64,000 nt of DNA from Callorhinchus milii. Its lineage: Eukaryota. Positions within the stretch are counted from its first letter, which is position 1; every line of letters begins with the position of its first letter. The position numbers were made by a program, and so were the translations under genes. The stretch lies in contig NW_024704743.1 of NCBI RefSeq assembly GCF_018977255.1, forward strand, positions 73,410,001 to 73,474,000, read 5' to 3'. Positions 49,573 to 63,400 of this stretch are shown one piece after another. The notes under the pieces were generated by a model. That model searched no databases. It had not been told where the DNA came from and saw only the letters and a list, made by a program, of their open reading frames with translations.

Positions 49573-52500
49573 TCCTTGTAGACAACATCTGCATCGTATA
49601 CGCTCATTACTAAGCAATTATAGCAACAAAGCAGAAAATATAGATATGGAAAACTTGGCAGGCTTCTTATTTAGTTATTATGCATTGCTCTTTTTTTGTT
49701 TCTTACAAAAAAGAAAGTTTTCACCACAAAAATTTACATGAGCTTGAGTTTAATCCAGGTGGCCATTCGTATATAGACTTAGAATGAATGTACCAGATGG
49801 GAGGTTTTGCATTACATAACGTTTTATCTCCTTGTAGCTTCTGCCCATTTCTCTTGTGGCACAGTTTAGAGTTGGCAACGACATTTCTTGTGGACTGGGA
49901 TGGCTCATCATATGCTGCCACCTTTCACTGGTATTTGGATATATCTGTTTGACAAGAGCACTGATGTCAGTGTGTAAATTTTTGTGGTCTGCTGGGTCTC
50001 TGACTCAAGCAGAACTCCATCATCGTGCTGAAGAGTCGGTCAGTATAAGTTATTTTAAAAAAAGAATTTCTGAGTTAGTGTTCCTCTAATCCTTGAGAAC
50101 AAATGTAATATTCAACAGTTTATTTCCATATTTTCACATTTCCCCATGAATTACTTCAGTACTATCAACCGCAAACACGTTCATGTATTTTTAATTAATT
50201 TGCAACAGTATACCTTTCACGTTGAAATACCAAGCAATGGCGTTAAAGGAACCTGCAGTTATTTTCCCATGAATTGTAGTCAGATATTAAGAAGTGAATA
50301 AATCTGTATAGAATAAATTATAAAATATTTACATGATGAGGAACCCGATGGCATCCCACATTTTTAACGCACTGACGAGCTGCTCCACTGAGTGATATGG
50401 CTGGCGTTCACAAGCACTCATTCCTTCCCATTTTCCACTGGTTTTGCAATGTTCCCAGACACTGTTTCACCGCAGGAAAAAGGGAAAAATTCAAAGGGAA
50501 AATGGCATTTCTGACAGTTTCTATAGTAAAGCAGAACTGATAGATGTTTGCTTGGCAGCCCAGTAATCAACAATACGCTCCCCAACATGGCACTGGAGAA
50601 TAAGCCTGGACCACAAGTCTCAAGGCCCGATGTGGGGCTTGAACCCACAACCACACTGCACCCCAACTAACTGAGCTAGACTGACATCTGCCACTATTTT
50701 TACTGCATTTGATCTTCAGAAGTTTCTCATAATTGACACTCTCTTTTCAGTCACTGAGGTTACTGGTGAAGCCTCATTATGATGCACTTGATTTGGTCCA
50801 TGAAAATCAACCTCCAAATTATAACAGGATGAACTATAAAAATAAGCCCTTCCGGGTCATCAGGTTGCAACTGATGTCACTTCTTATCCACTGAACATGT
50901 GCAATTGCAGTTGCGAGTGTTTCTAGTGGTTGCTGGGAAATTGCTAGATGCCAGAGACCTTCTTCACTACATTCTATGGGCAGGAACTAAATAGTTAATG
51001 CCTGAAGTTGGAAGGGTACCCCATGTTTAGGTTCATAGCAAATTCATAAAACATACAATACATAAACTTGTGCTACACCAACACGTGTGTTAATGGAGAC
51101 TGACAGTACTTTCTCAGATAAATACAAGGATTTTAAATGGTCAGAGAGGTTTTTTTTGATTTAGGAGAGAAATAAAAACTACCAAGAATAGTCGTGCAAG
51201 CTAGCCAGGTCCTGAACACTCAAAGACAACTTGAGTTATAACTTGATTTATAAGTTGACAACAAAAACTTTCATTTATAAAACGCCTTCATGCGGGGTAG
51301 TATCTTAGAATGCTTATGGTTCATTAGTATAGGGGGAAAGTCTCAGTGGCCCAGGCCGGGACAGACAACCCTTACTATCTCTAACAGAGTGCTTGTACCC
51401 CTCTATGGGTCAGCACTCCGAGACTCTATTCTGCCTGAAGGGTGGTATATGAATGCAAGTTGTTGTTGTAAGGCCCATTATTTACACCTCCCTGGTCCCT
51501 CAGCCACCAAGCTCAACAGCCACAGGCATTATCTGCAACAGACCAAGCTGCTTATATATGCTTACATTTGATGTAGAGCCTTTCACATCAGGAGGACACC
51601 CCAGAATGCTTCACAGGACTTACTGTCCAGTGACAATATATTTTTGTAGGTGAGATGACGAGCAGTGAGAGGGAATTTCTGATCCAGGCTCCTTTACTGG
51701 TACAGCTCAAGGCCACTTTGAAGTGACCTCACCACTTAGAAGATTCCTACATTAGTTGTCCTCCGCATTGGCAGTGTGAAAATCTGTTACAGTCACAAGC
51801 AATTGAGCGATACAGTTCATTTGTCTTTTCATTTAAAAGTACAATGCCATATTTGTAGGGATATTTTTAAAAACACAGTGTAATGTGGGCGATTGTGTTT
51901 CTTATGTTGGATTTTAATAGCTATAACAACAGGAAGAGAAATTTTAAGTGGGAGTCTGCTTAGCAACCCTACTGTGAAGATGAGTTACAACAATATAGTG
52001 GGTGGAAAGATAGGCTAAGGCACTATAAATTATATACTGCAAAGTGAATTGACTATATTTTGCGGGTGAAAAATAAATGAAGCATACTATGGAATATATG
52101 GAGTCAAATGGAGTATACCGTATTTTGTAGGCCAATGCGGCAGCCAGTATGTCTCACAATCAGCCATGGAGTGAATGACCAGTATTATTATGGGGATTGT
52201 AGGCCAGGACATCAGGAGAATCCCTCTTTGTGCATCTGGGGAAGCTCCCTTTGTGCAGAATTGTAGAAAAATTCTTGAATTCAGTATTAATTTGGAAGCC
52301 AGTTTCCCACAGTTCTTAAAAGGAGCTAAATTCCGAAACAAGACTGAATTTAAGAAATTTATGTAATCCTATATGATATTGAATTTTAAGCTAAAATGGT
52401 TCAGATATACATTGTTTTGTTGGTTTGTGTTGTGCTGGCAGATTCCAGCTCCCACTTAGACTTGCTTCTCTCCCCCACAATTGTTCAGAATTGGCTTCCA

Positions 52501-52976
52501 AGGTCCTGCTGCAACAATCTCTTCCCTCAACGCTGGGACTTCCCTCAGCCACTTCCCTCACCCCATTCAGAAGGTAGCCTCTTTGCTCCAGACCAGGCCC
52601 TTCTGTTTCCACACACCCCTCTCCTATAACATTCCCCACTCAGACTCAGACCACACTCAACTTGACCTCTTTCCATTTACTGCTCGGACTCAACCCTAGG
52701 CCTGTATTCTACCTTGGCCTGAACTCAGACTTCAAATCACCACTGAGGTCTGTAATTTTACGAACCTCTAGGCAATTGAAAGAGGGTATTCCTAAAAATA
52801 TATATTTAGTGCTATATCAAATGCAAGGATTATTATTATGAACTTTGCATATTTACAAAAGGGAGACATTAAAACAATTTGAACATTTTTATTCCAAATC
52901 TGACCTCCTCTTGAGAAATCAAATGCTGAGTTTCTGAATGAAAAGTTTGTACTCCACAATATATATATATGTATAT

Positions 52977-53013
52977 ATTAGACCTTTGCTTGTGGCTCCA
53001 CTATATATATATG

Positions 53014-53044
<31 letters not shown>

Positions 53045-53071
53045 TAGTGGAGCCACAAGCAAAGGTCTAAT
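52977..53071. repeat. Perfect 25-bp inverted repeat around a (TA)n tract
   Basis: attagacctttgcttgtggctccac (52977-53001) and gtggagccacaagcaaaggtctaat (53047-53071). Confidence 0.97.
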
Positions 53072-54307
53072 GGTGAAAGTGGGAAGAACCTGGATCAATT
53101 TAATTAAAAGCAAGACATTCTCCTCTTGTTAATTTTGAGGTCTTGTTGTAAGTTAGTTGGTATTGCTGAGTTCACAGGATTAATTGATTTCCTAGGAGGC
53201 ATCATAAAATAACATTGAATTACAATAAGAGACATGATTTGTTTCATTGAAGCTACGGTCTTTATGGTACCACTTCTGTTCATTACTGTTTTTTTTGGAT
53301 AGATTATTCCCATCAAGTGGCTTTTCTTAATGGAATTATCAGTGTTTTGTTTTAGTCACTTTTACAACGAGCGCAAATGAGAGCCATTTATTTTTTATAA
53401 CTTCCTTAATTTTATGAATAGCTGCATTAATTTTGGTAATTTCACAATTAACCGGCTGGAGATGACAGCATTTTGTAAATCATAAAGTGCGATGAACCAT
53501 TGGGCTGATCAGACATGATGGATAAATAAGTTTTTCTCACTCAGGGTTACACGGAGGCAGTTCATATCAATTCCCTCTCCTGTGTTCATTATCCTCCAAC
53601 AATTTCAAATGAGGGAGGTTTTGTTGGAATTCTAACACTACAGCTTTTAATGAAGGAAGAGAGAACTCCGCAAAAGCAGGAGTGGGAAATGCAGTGTGTG
53701 ATAATGATGATTATTACTGGTGATTTTGTTTCTTGAATTTTACGTCTGTCAAGGTTAGGGATGTTAGTGCTTGCTAGTCAGGATCATGCACTCACAGATC
53801 AAGTGCAGCACAGCTAGATTTATAGCAAAGCTGCAGCTGTTGTACTTCAACCGTCGACACTGAGCCTTAGTTTCAGTTGTTCATACATGTACTGATTTTG
53901 CTGCTAAGAATGTACTCCTGAGATGATTATGATATTTCTTAAGGGAATTCCTTAATCAGGAAATATGTTGTCCCCACCAGTGGAAACTCCACAGCAATGT
54001 GGTCGATTTCCCAAGTGGCGTTCCTATAGAACAATGGCAATCTGAACAACAATAATTTGCATTTATATAGCGCCCTTCACACAAGATAATATCCAGGAGC
54101 TGAACAGGATTTCCTGTTAAGAAATTCCATCAAGAAATACTGTGAAATTGATCCCATTATTATCCCTTGTCAGTATTTACTGACCTTTGTGGTTATACTC
54201 TTATGGGTCTATCTGTATAAATCATATAATCGACTAGGCCCTAAGTCATACATTTGCCCAAGTCCCATTGAATTTCTTATTAAATCCACTTAAATTTATC
54301 TTCACCA

Positions 54308-55020
54308 CTACAACAACAACAACAACAAGATTCCATTTATAAAGCGCCTTTCACGTCAGGAGGACGTCCCAAGGCGCTGCACAGTTGGGTCATGACCCGA
54401 GCAGGGGGAAATGGTCAGGGGAGGGGAGGGAGCGAGGAGGGGGGAAATGGTCAGGGTGAGGGGAGGGAAGGGAGGGAGCGAGGAGGGGGTAGAGAGTCGA
54501 GAGGGGAGCTGAAGGCTCGGTCACAGAGAAAGGTTTTGAGACCGGCCTTGAAGGAGGAGAGGGAGGAAGCAAGGCGAAGGCACCGGGGGATAGAGTTCCA
54601 GAGCCTCGGGGCTGAGAGGCTGAAGGCCCGGCCACCAATGGTAGGGCGATTGGGGCGGGGGACGTGGAGCAGACCGGAGCCGGAGGAACGGAGGGTATGG
54701 GCAGGTAGGTAGGGGGATAGTAGGTTGGAGAGGTAGGAGGGAGCAAGGCCGTGAATGGCCTTGTAGGTGAGGATGAGGATCTTGAAATCAATCCTCTGGG
54801 GATGGGGAGCCAGTGGAGGCGAGCGAGGGTGGGAGTGATGTGGTCGCGAAGCCTGGTGCGGGACAGTACACGAGCTGCAGAGTTCTGGATGACCTGCAGC
54901 TTGTGGAGGGAGGTGGCGGGAAGGCCGACGAGGAGAGAGTTCCCATAGTCCAGCCTTGAGGTGACAAAGGCGTGAACCAGGGTTTCAGCAGCGTGAGGGG
55001 TGAGGTAATGCCGTAGTCTG
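54308..55020 (-). mobile_element. L2 LINE 3' fragment (second subfamily, tail most similar to the SINE tail)
   Basis: LVHAFVTSRLDYGNSLL, LARLHWLPIP, (TTG)n tail at 54308-54328. Confidence 0.93.
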
Positions 55021-55272
55021 GTCACACTGGTCACTAGTCACATTAACAATCATTGTTAATTCATTGTCATAAAGGCGACCCCTTTATGCTCACTTACGGG
55101 CCTTGAAACAGCATACACAGTTCTCCATGGGATACAATCGCGGGAATATAAATCCCAACCCGTCATGTGCACATATCGGTTGCAAAACCGAAGGACCGCA
55201 TACACATTATATAAGAGTGAGCAAGTGCAGAAGACAAGGTTTTGGCCAGCTATCATGGATCAGGCAATGCAG

Positions 55273-56312
55273 ATCATAGAATCATAGAATTATACAGCAC
55301 AGAAGGGGGCCATTCGGCCCATCGTGTCTGTGCCAGCTCTTTGAAAAGAGTTATCCAAATCAATCCCACTCCCCCGCTCTCTCCCCATAGCCCTGCAAAC
55401 TTGTCCTCCCCAAATACTTATCTACTTCTCTCTTAAAAGCTGTTACCAAATCGGCTTCTACCTCCCTTTCAGGCAATGCATTCCAGATCCGAACAACTCG
55501 CTGTGTAAAAAAATTTTTCCTCACCTCCGTTTCTTTTAACAGCTATTTTAAATCGGTGTCCTCAGATTACCGACCCACCCACCAGTGGAAATAGTTTCTC
55601 CTTGTTCACTCTATCGAATCCCCTCATAATCTTGAAGACTTCTATTAAGTCTCCTCTTAACCTTCTCTGCTCCAAGGAGAATAATCCTAGCTTCTGCAGC
55701 CTCTCCTGATAACTGAAGTCCCTCATTCCTGGTACCATCCTGGTAAATCTCCTTTGCACCCTCTCCACTGCCTTGACATTCTTCCTAAAGTGTGGGGCCC
55801 AGAACTGAACACAGTACTCTAGCTGAGGCCTAACCAATGTTTTATAAAGGTTCATCATAACTTCCTGACTTTTGTGTTCTATGCCCTATTTATAAAGACA
55901 AGTAACCAGTATGCTTTTTAAAAGCTTTACCTATCTGTCCTGCCACCTTATATGACCCCCCAGGTCTCTCTGTTCCTTCAACCCGTTTAAGATTGTACCA
56001 TCACCTTATGTTGACTCTCCTCATTCTTCCTCCCAAAACGCATCACTTTGCATTTCTCCACATTAAACTTCAGCTGCCACATGTCTGTCCATTTTACCAG
56101 CCTGTCTTTGTCCTCCTACAGTCTGCTACTATTCTCCTTATCGTTTACTACTCATGCTACCTTAGTATCATCATCAAACTTGGAAATTGCACTCCTTATA
56201 CCCAAGTCCAGGTCATTTATATAGATCAAAAAGAGCTGTAGTCCCAATACCGATCCCTGGGGTACATCACTGCACACTTCCCTCCAGTCAGAAAAACAAC
56301 AGTTTACTGCCA
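55273..56312 (-). mobile_element. 5'-truncated CR1 LINE
   Basis: LYKTLVRPQLEYCVQFWAPHFRK ORF at 55562-55858, (ATTCTATG)n tail at 55273-55290, collinear with the 42130-43368 copy. Confidence 0.93.
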
Positions 56313-56927
56313 CTATAGCCCAATTAAATACAAATTAATGACAACGATCTGTCAGAAGAAGTACCAGACTCCAATTTTGCCAGGCAAATCCTGAAATGGA
56401 AAAGAGGCACATTGCCTCCAAATTTGATTTGAAGCCACAGACTTTGAATGATTACCTTGTGGTACTGTGTATGGAAAGAATGGGCTACCTTAGCTTTAAT
56501 ATGCAAAATATGCATTAAATATGGTCCAGAAACCTTGCCTTAATGTCATCATTTGTTATGTGTTAGTCATATAAAATCTGACTTATACATAACTTTACAT
56601 AAATCATGTATGATACCCCTATGCAAGTTTAATTCAAACATTGCATAAGTCATATTAAATATATGAAAAGCTCCCAAATGATATGACTTATGTGAGGTTT
56701 ATAAACTCCTCACCCCTTTTTCATGAGAATGCAGCCATATCCTCCAACATCATAGAAGCAGTGTAATTCAGATCATTATAGGATAGAATAAATTGTTGAA
56801 TTTGGACAAGTTATGTGAATGAAAAATTATTTTCCTCATTATGAGTAGAAAATCAGAAATGGACCTACAGGCAGTAAAGAAGAGAACAATAAGACTCATT
56901 CATCCCAGTGTTAAAGGGATGAGGATT

Positions 56928-57585
56928 GACAACAACAACAACAAATTACATTTGTATAGCGCTTTTCACATCTGGAGGACGTCCCAAGGCACTGCACAGT
57001 CAGTGTTTCGGACCCGAACGGGGGGCTGGGATTGGGGAGGGTGAGGGCAGGGGGGGATGCAGAGTGATCAAATGCACAGTCAAAGAGAAAGGTCTTGAGA
57101 TGGGTCTTGAAGGAGACAAGGGAGGGGGCAATGCAGAGAGACTGCGGAATGGAATTCCAGAGGGTAGGGCCAGAGTGGCAGAAGGCCCGCTCACCAATGG
57201 TTGGGCGGGTGAGGCGGGGGAAGTGAAGCAGGCCAGAGCCCGCTAAGCGGAGGGAGTGGGCAGGATGGTAGAGGGTTAGGAGGTCACAGAGGTAGGGGGA
57301 AGCAAGGCCATGGAGGGGTTTGTAGGTGAGAACCAGGATCTTGAACTGTATCCTCTGAGTGATGGGAAACCAATGGAGTCAACGACAATGGAAATGATAG
57401 GGTCACGGAGCCTGGTGCAGGAGAGGACACAGGCTGCAGAGTTCTGGATGATCTGCAGCCTATGGAGGGAGGAGTTGGGAAGGCCGACAAGCAGGGAGTT
57501 TGCATAGTCAAGCCTGGATGTTATGAGTGGGTGTATGAGGGTTTCGGCAGCCTGTGGTATGAAACAGTGGCGGAGCTGGGCAGAT
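56928..57585 (-). mobile_element. L2 LINE 3' fragment
   Basis: ITSRLDYANSLLVGLP, LQIIQNSAA, TTG tail at about 56928. Confidence 0.9.
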
Positions 57586-57714
57586 CTGGTTATCTTATAT
57601 GACCAGATAAGAGGGTTTTTATGCCTCAAAAAGAAACCTCACTGATTCGAAATTGTGAAGGGCAAGGGTACTAGGAATTATTTTTTTCTGTCATAGTTGA
57701 ATAAGCAATTCACG

Positions 57715-58350
57715 AAGTTGTACAAGACTTTATTTAGGCCACAGGTGGAGTATTGGAGAGTTTTGGACGCCCCATAATAGGAAAGCATTATAAAAGATGG
57801 GTTGTGGATTTACTAGGATATTGCTGGGGCTGAGCAGTTTGATTTACTAAGAAAGACTAGAGAAATTAAGGATTTTTTCAATACACAAAGAAAGAATTTA
57901 ATATTTTTTAGTGTCTTATCATGTCAAGAGGTCTCAAAGTGCTTTACAGTAATTACTGTCAAGCTTAGAGACTGTTGTTGCAGGAAAATGTAACAGTCAT
58001 TAAATTGTACAGCAAGTTCCCAAACAGCTATTGGGTGAGCTGAGAAGGCTAAGGGTGATCTGATAGACGCTTTAAGATTATGACAGGTTAAACAGTAAAT
58101 AGATTATTTTCAGTGGCTGGCGAGACAGTAAGAAGAGAGGGTGCAATGTGCAATTCCTTGTCACAAAGCGTAACTGAAAGAGAGTTTACAAATTTGTGTA
58201 AAATGGATTAGATAGATGCTTGAAGAAGAGAAATATTAAATGGTATAGGAGAAAGTAAGAGAGTGAGATTGGATTATGTGTCTTATCTGGAGAAAATAGC
58301 ACAGAGCTGAACTGAATGACTGTTCCTGTGCTATAACATTCTAGGATTTA
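57715..58350 (+). mobile_element. Older CR1 3' fragment interrupted by a SINE fragment (about 57893-58040)
   Basis: ttgtacaagactttatttaggccacaggtggagtatt (LYKTL.RP..EY) and gagaaggctaagggtgatctgataga. Confidence 0.75.
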
Positions 58351-58993
58351 CACAGAGGTTAGCCAACAACTGGAATGATATATTTGAGGCCAGGTCACTG
58401 GACTCATTTAAAAAACACAGCTTGGTGTTGAATTGGGAATATATTAGTAGTACGAGTATTTTGGAAGGATCAGATCAGTCCTGACCAACAGTTTCCTAAT
58501 AAACACAGTCCCACAAAATATACAGTCAATTCACTTTACAATGATGTGATAAGGTGCTATATAATAATAATCCTTGCAGTTGTCATAGCACTTATAACGT
58601 CACTGAGACATCTCAAAGCGCTTTACACAAAATACTTTAAAGTGAATTGACTGTGTATTTTTGTGGGACTGTATTTATTTGATGTGTTACCATATGGCAG
58701 CATGTTAGCATGTATTCAGAGTGCCTCATATCTTTTCTTTTTAACTGCTTCTGCCCATCAGTGTTCCTCCTCCTCCAGCAGGGATTGTGGAATCTGGTGT
58801 GCTGAGTGAAGTGGATTTCTCTTTGACAACAATCAGTGGCAGACAGAGAGGGGAGATAATGTCACAAATCCCACGCAGAGCCGATTTGGGCTTCACTCCA
58901 TTGTCACACAGTTGAGACTGGGATTCAAATAAGTGGCCCTTTGACTGGGGTACAAGCTGTTCACCACTAGAGCTACTAACTACCCATATTTTA

Positions 58994-59320
58994 AAATAAT
59001 AATAATCCTTGCATTTGATATAGTGCCTTATAATGTTCTTGAGACGTCTCAAAGGGATTCACAGAATATACTGTAAAGTGAATTGACTGTATTTTTGTGT
59101 GCGAAATGTGGCAGCCAATTGTGCACAGCAGTGGCCCACAACAATCATGGATTGAGTGACCAATTTATTATTATTATTATTATTTATTTTTTGGAGGGAT
59201 TATTAACCCCGGAAAAGCAATCTGCCAATTGATTAACAACCGGCTTCCTACTTACTGCTGGATAAAGAGAGGCGTGCTGAAAAAGGAAACTTACCTATTT
59301 TTTCACCCTGCACAGGGAAT
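58994..59320 (-). mobile_element. SINE with extended CORE-like segment
   Basis: Tail and body, then ttcctacttactgctgg and aaggaaactt, as in 3818-4092. Confidence 0.82.
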
Positions 59321-60312
59321 GTAACAAATGCTGCAATTTACAGTGCATAAAGGAAAAACTGTACCTAAGAATAGCATTATTAACTGTATTAGATAGCATC
59401 ATTCAAAGCTCCCAGGCATAGATAATTCACTTAATCCCAAGATTTTGATGGTGCTTTATAAAGGCCTAGTGAGGATAGGCGGGGAGGCAGATAATAGACT
59501 GCAATATTCATCAGCAAGTATTTTAACCCCTATTAAAAATATCAGATTTAGATACTGTATATGATATCCTTCCCTTCCCTCCAGGAAATCTCGACACTTG
59601 ATTGTTCCCTGCTTGATACTGTCCTATTCTCTGTATGTGGACACTCTTGAATACATTCCAGTGGGGATTAATGCATGTGACCCGATCTTTCTGTAATTTG
59701 GAAAATTTCATTCTCTCATTCCTATTTGAGCCTATTTACAGCATATCAGAATATAGCAAGGTGCTGGACAGGATAAGGTCATCTTGCTGCTCCGAAGGTA
59801 CCATTTCATTTTAGGGAATAATCACAAAATACTTTATCACTCATATCCTTCTCTTGGAATTCTTTGCCAAACAGCTAGCTAATTCTCTCTTGCACCTGCT
59901 GACACAATCTGCTTCCACTGCCTCCTCTAATCCATGTATTCAACATTCTCTGTGTAAGAAAGTAATTAAATCTAAACAGCCCATTCAACTTCCCTCTTTT
60001 GAACTCTCCTGAAGTCCCTTGAGCTAGATTTTGTCACTGTGTCAAATGTATTATTAGGTTTGGTTTATCTGTATCCTTTAGGATCTTGCCTTTCCTCAGA
60101 AGGTACCTCTGCTCAGCTTTCCATGGGCTCCATTGAATGACTCCCAAAGGTGTAGAATGATGATACGCGTCAATAAAACCCTTTGTCAACTTTTCCCAGT
60201 GCAACTGGGGACGTTTGCCACAGAAATACATTTTGCTGAGGTGCGGATTTTATTTTGTGTCTGCTAACCACTTGGTTGGAAAAGATACCAGAAACTAGCA
60301 TTTTTTTTGTGA

Positions 60313-60492
<180 letters not shown>

Positions 60493-63400
60493 TAAGGTTT
60501 TGCACTCAATAGAGAAGAGCCTTTTGTTTACGGAATATTTCTATGTTGAAGTCCTTAATTAAATAGAGATCTCACACAGTTAAATTTCAAACTGAAGAGT
60601 CCCTGGTTTACCACTGCATATGTTTTTGCTTGTAAGACCATTGATTTTTATATAATGGTATTTTAAAAACAGTTTTCTGTGAGAACTCAGCCATTCGGTA
60701 TCCCTTTATACTATTGCAGGTTCACAACAGATATTGCCATGTTATTAAATATTAAGTTCTGCAGTCAGTCTATCGCACATTCATCCTTTATATGATTTAT
60801 CAACATAACTGTCAGCCTGAGGCACAAAGCGTGACAGCTATTGAAATAAAAATAAAGCACAGCTAAATCCGTACAGTGAGAATGAATGAAATCGAAGCAC
60901 TTGCAACTTTTAATCAGAAAGTAATAGTTTAGAAAATCCTCACATCCTATTCACTCATGAGGTACAAGAACATTTTAAACACACTGTTGCGTGTGTTTGT
61001 GCAGGAACAGTGCATGTACACTACGTTTCATGTCAAGGCAGTGTGGGACCACAAGATAAAGCCAGATTAATTCAATGCTAATTGAGCAATCTCACTCAGC
61101 CAGGTCACAAGAGTCGCTGGTATGAGAAATGGCAAATGTCACTTTAACACAGCAAGGGCTGGTCTTCAGTCACTGAGGTTGAGGCAAGGTATTGGGGTCA
61201 GTGAACAAGGTGCTCCACGTTCCATTAGCCCAGTTCTGTATCTGATCGGGGAGCGCAAAGTGGATAAGGCTTGTCATCCCTCACTTTAATGAGCACAAAA
61301 TAAAATTAATGGAGAAAAGCAGATCCCTCACATTTCCATTTTATTATTTGTAAATTTCTGACAACATCCCGCACAGGAACATTTTTCCATGTCTCAATCC
61401 ACAGCCCTGGCACCAGGTCCACAGGTTCCCTTGTGAGCATTGATTTTGTCTAACATGTGAAGTAGCTTATGATCATCTGTTCACACATATAATAATAATG
61501 TAAGGATTATTATTATTACTATATGTGTTTCAGTCGCAGCCAGACCAAATCTCAAAAGTACATGTGCAGTAGCTAAAAAACTGACCGTCCATCCTCTAGA
61601 ATACTTTCACACAATCCCATGTAAACCGTCACTTCCTTGAGAATGTGCTTTTTAAATGTATCCTCCGGGTGTTTCTGTGAAATTATAACACATATGGGGT
61701 CTCATGAGTGGGGAAATAAAAAATAATAGTTCCACATTAATGACAGAATCAAGCCAGGCCTATAGGTTGTAAAACAAGTCCCATCACTATTTAATTCTGC
61801 CGTCTGTTTGCCTTGCAGCTTCAGGCCACTGTTGCTTCCTCGAGGCTGACCCAAGGCCACAATTGTCCCAATTATTTGTATTGAATAAAGTAAATCTATG
61901 TACTTTACTCAATTATGAGACATAAGCTGTTTGTTCTTTCATGTGCCATAGCTCTGTCCCTACCAAGGTCATTGACAGTGCCCAAATTGTACCCTACACA
62001 ATGCAATTCTAATATGGTAACCCTGCACTACTAGAAATTCAAGGTGAATAAAATTGGCCACACACTTCATTGTTGGTTGTGGGACATTGCTGTGCGCAAA
62101 TTGGCTGACGCGTTTGCTTAAAAAATACAGTCACTACACTTTACAGTAAATCCTGTGAAGTGCTTTCAGACATCTTGATGATTAATTATATCATTATTAT
62201 ACCCATTAGACAATTTTTTTCAAACTTGAAATACACTAATGATGAATCTAGCTTGTTTCCAGTGACAACAATAATCCACATCCAATTCAGCAGCAAAAAA
62301 CTTTTGAAACGGTTAAGCAATAATGCGGTCTAGACACACTTTGTCTTGACAGGGCACTTTTATTTTTGCACTGAGCGCAGAGGAGGCAACAAGCATTTTG
62401 TTGTGTGATTCATACAAACATGCAAAGCATTTTTCCATCTTAGCAAACTATCTCAACAAACACAGAACTAGTTTAGACTACTCTGGCTCAAGCCTTCTTT
62501 CTCCGGCCGATGTTAAATATGTGTGACAAGTAACCATCCAATTCATAACATGTACCTACAGCGGGAAACATTCCGCCAATTCGCATTAAATCAACAGTTT
62601 CACTTTGACAAGCCATTAGAATGCATTTTGAACAAAATTTACACCTCTATAGTGAGTCCTCTTCTAAAGTTGGCCACTGCGTTCAATATAATCAATATAT
62701 TTAACAGAAACAATCTAATGAAGCACTTTGAGATGAAGATATATCAAATGCAAGGTTTATTATTATTACAATTATTATTATTATGTAATGTAAAGTAGAA
62801 CTATACATCTGGCCCATGTTATAGTTGACCTTGCATTGCTTGATGCTGGTATTTGTAGGTGATAAATCTGCCTCAATCACTTGGACTCACATTACACTAA
62901 TTCCTATAAGGATTTTTCAGTGTCCTGATGTGATATTTAGGCTTTTTTCCGACGGTCTCCTTTATCCTGTTTATTCCCTCTGCCTCATAAATACAACTAA
63001 CATTTATTTTAAAATCAAAGTTAGCACTTCTCAACGTAACCCAATTTTCTGGGTTACATTTTTTCCACCTTCGTAGTGAATTGCTGTACAGTCCTTGATT
63101 CTCAATAGAAAAAAAGTGCTTCATTTTTCATGACAGTTTAAAAATTTAATTATACCCTTTATTATTTATAAGCACAGAAGGACATATTCAGAAACTTATC
63201 AACAGTGCTGTACAGAATATATATATAAGATTCATTGTTTCCAAAGTGAATTTGACCTTTTTAACAAGATGCCAGAAAAATTAACAAAAAAGGAAGGAAA
63301 GCCAGTCAGTATATTGTTTTTTTGTTTGGTTAGCTCTGTGTCTGACACTTTGGAAAACTAATTACCATTGTTTAAGAGTGTCCAAATCAAACTGCTGCGA

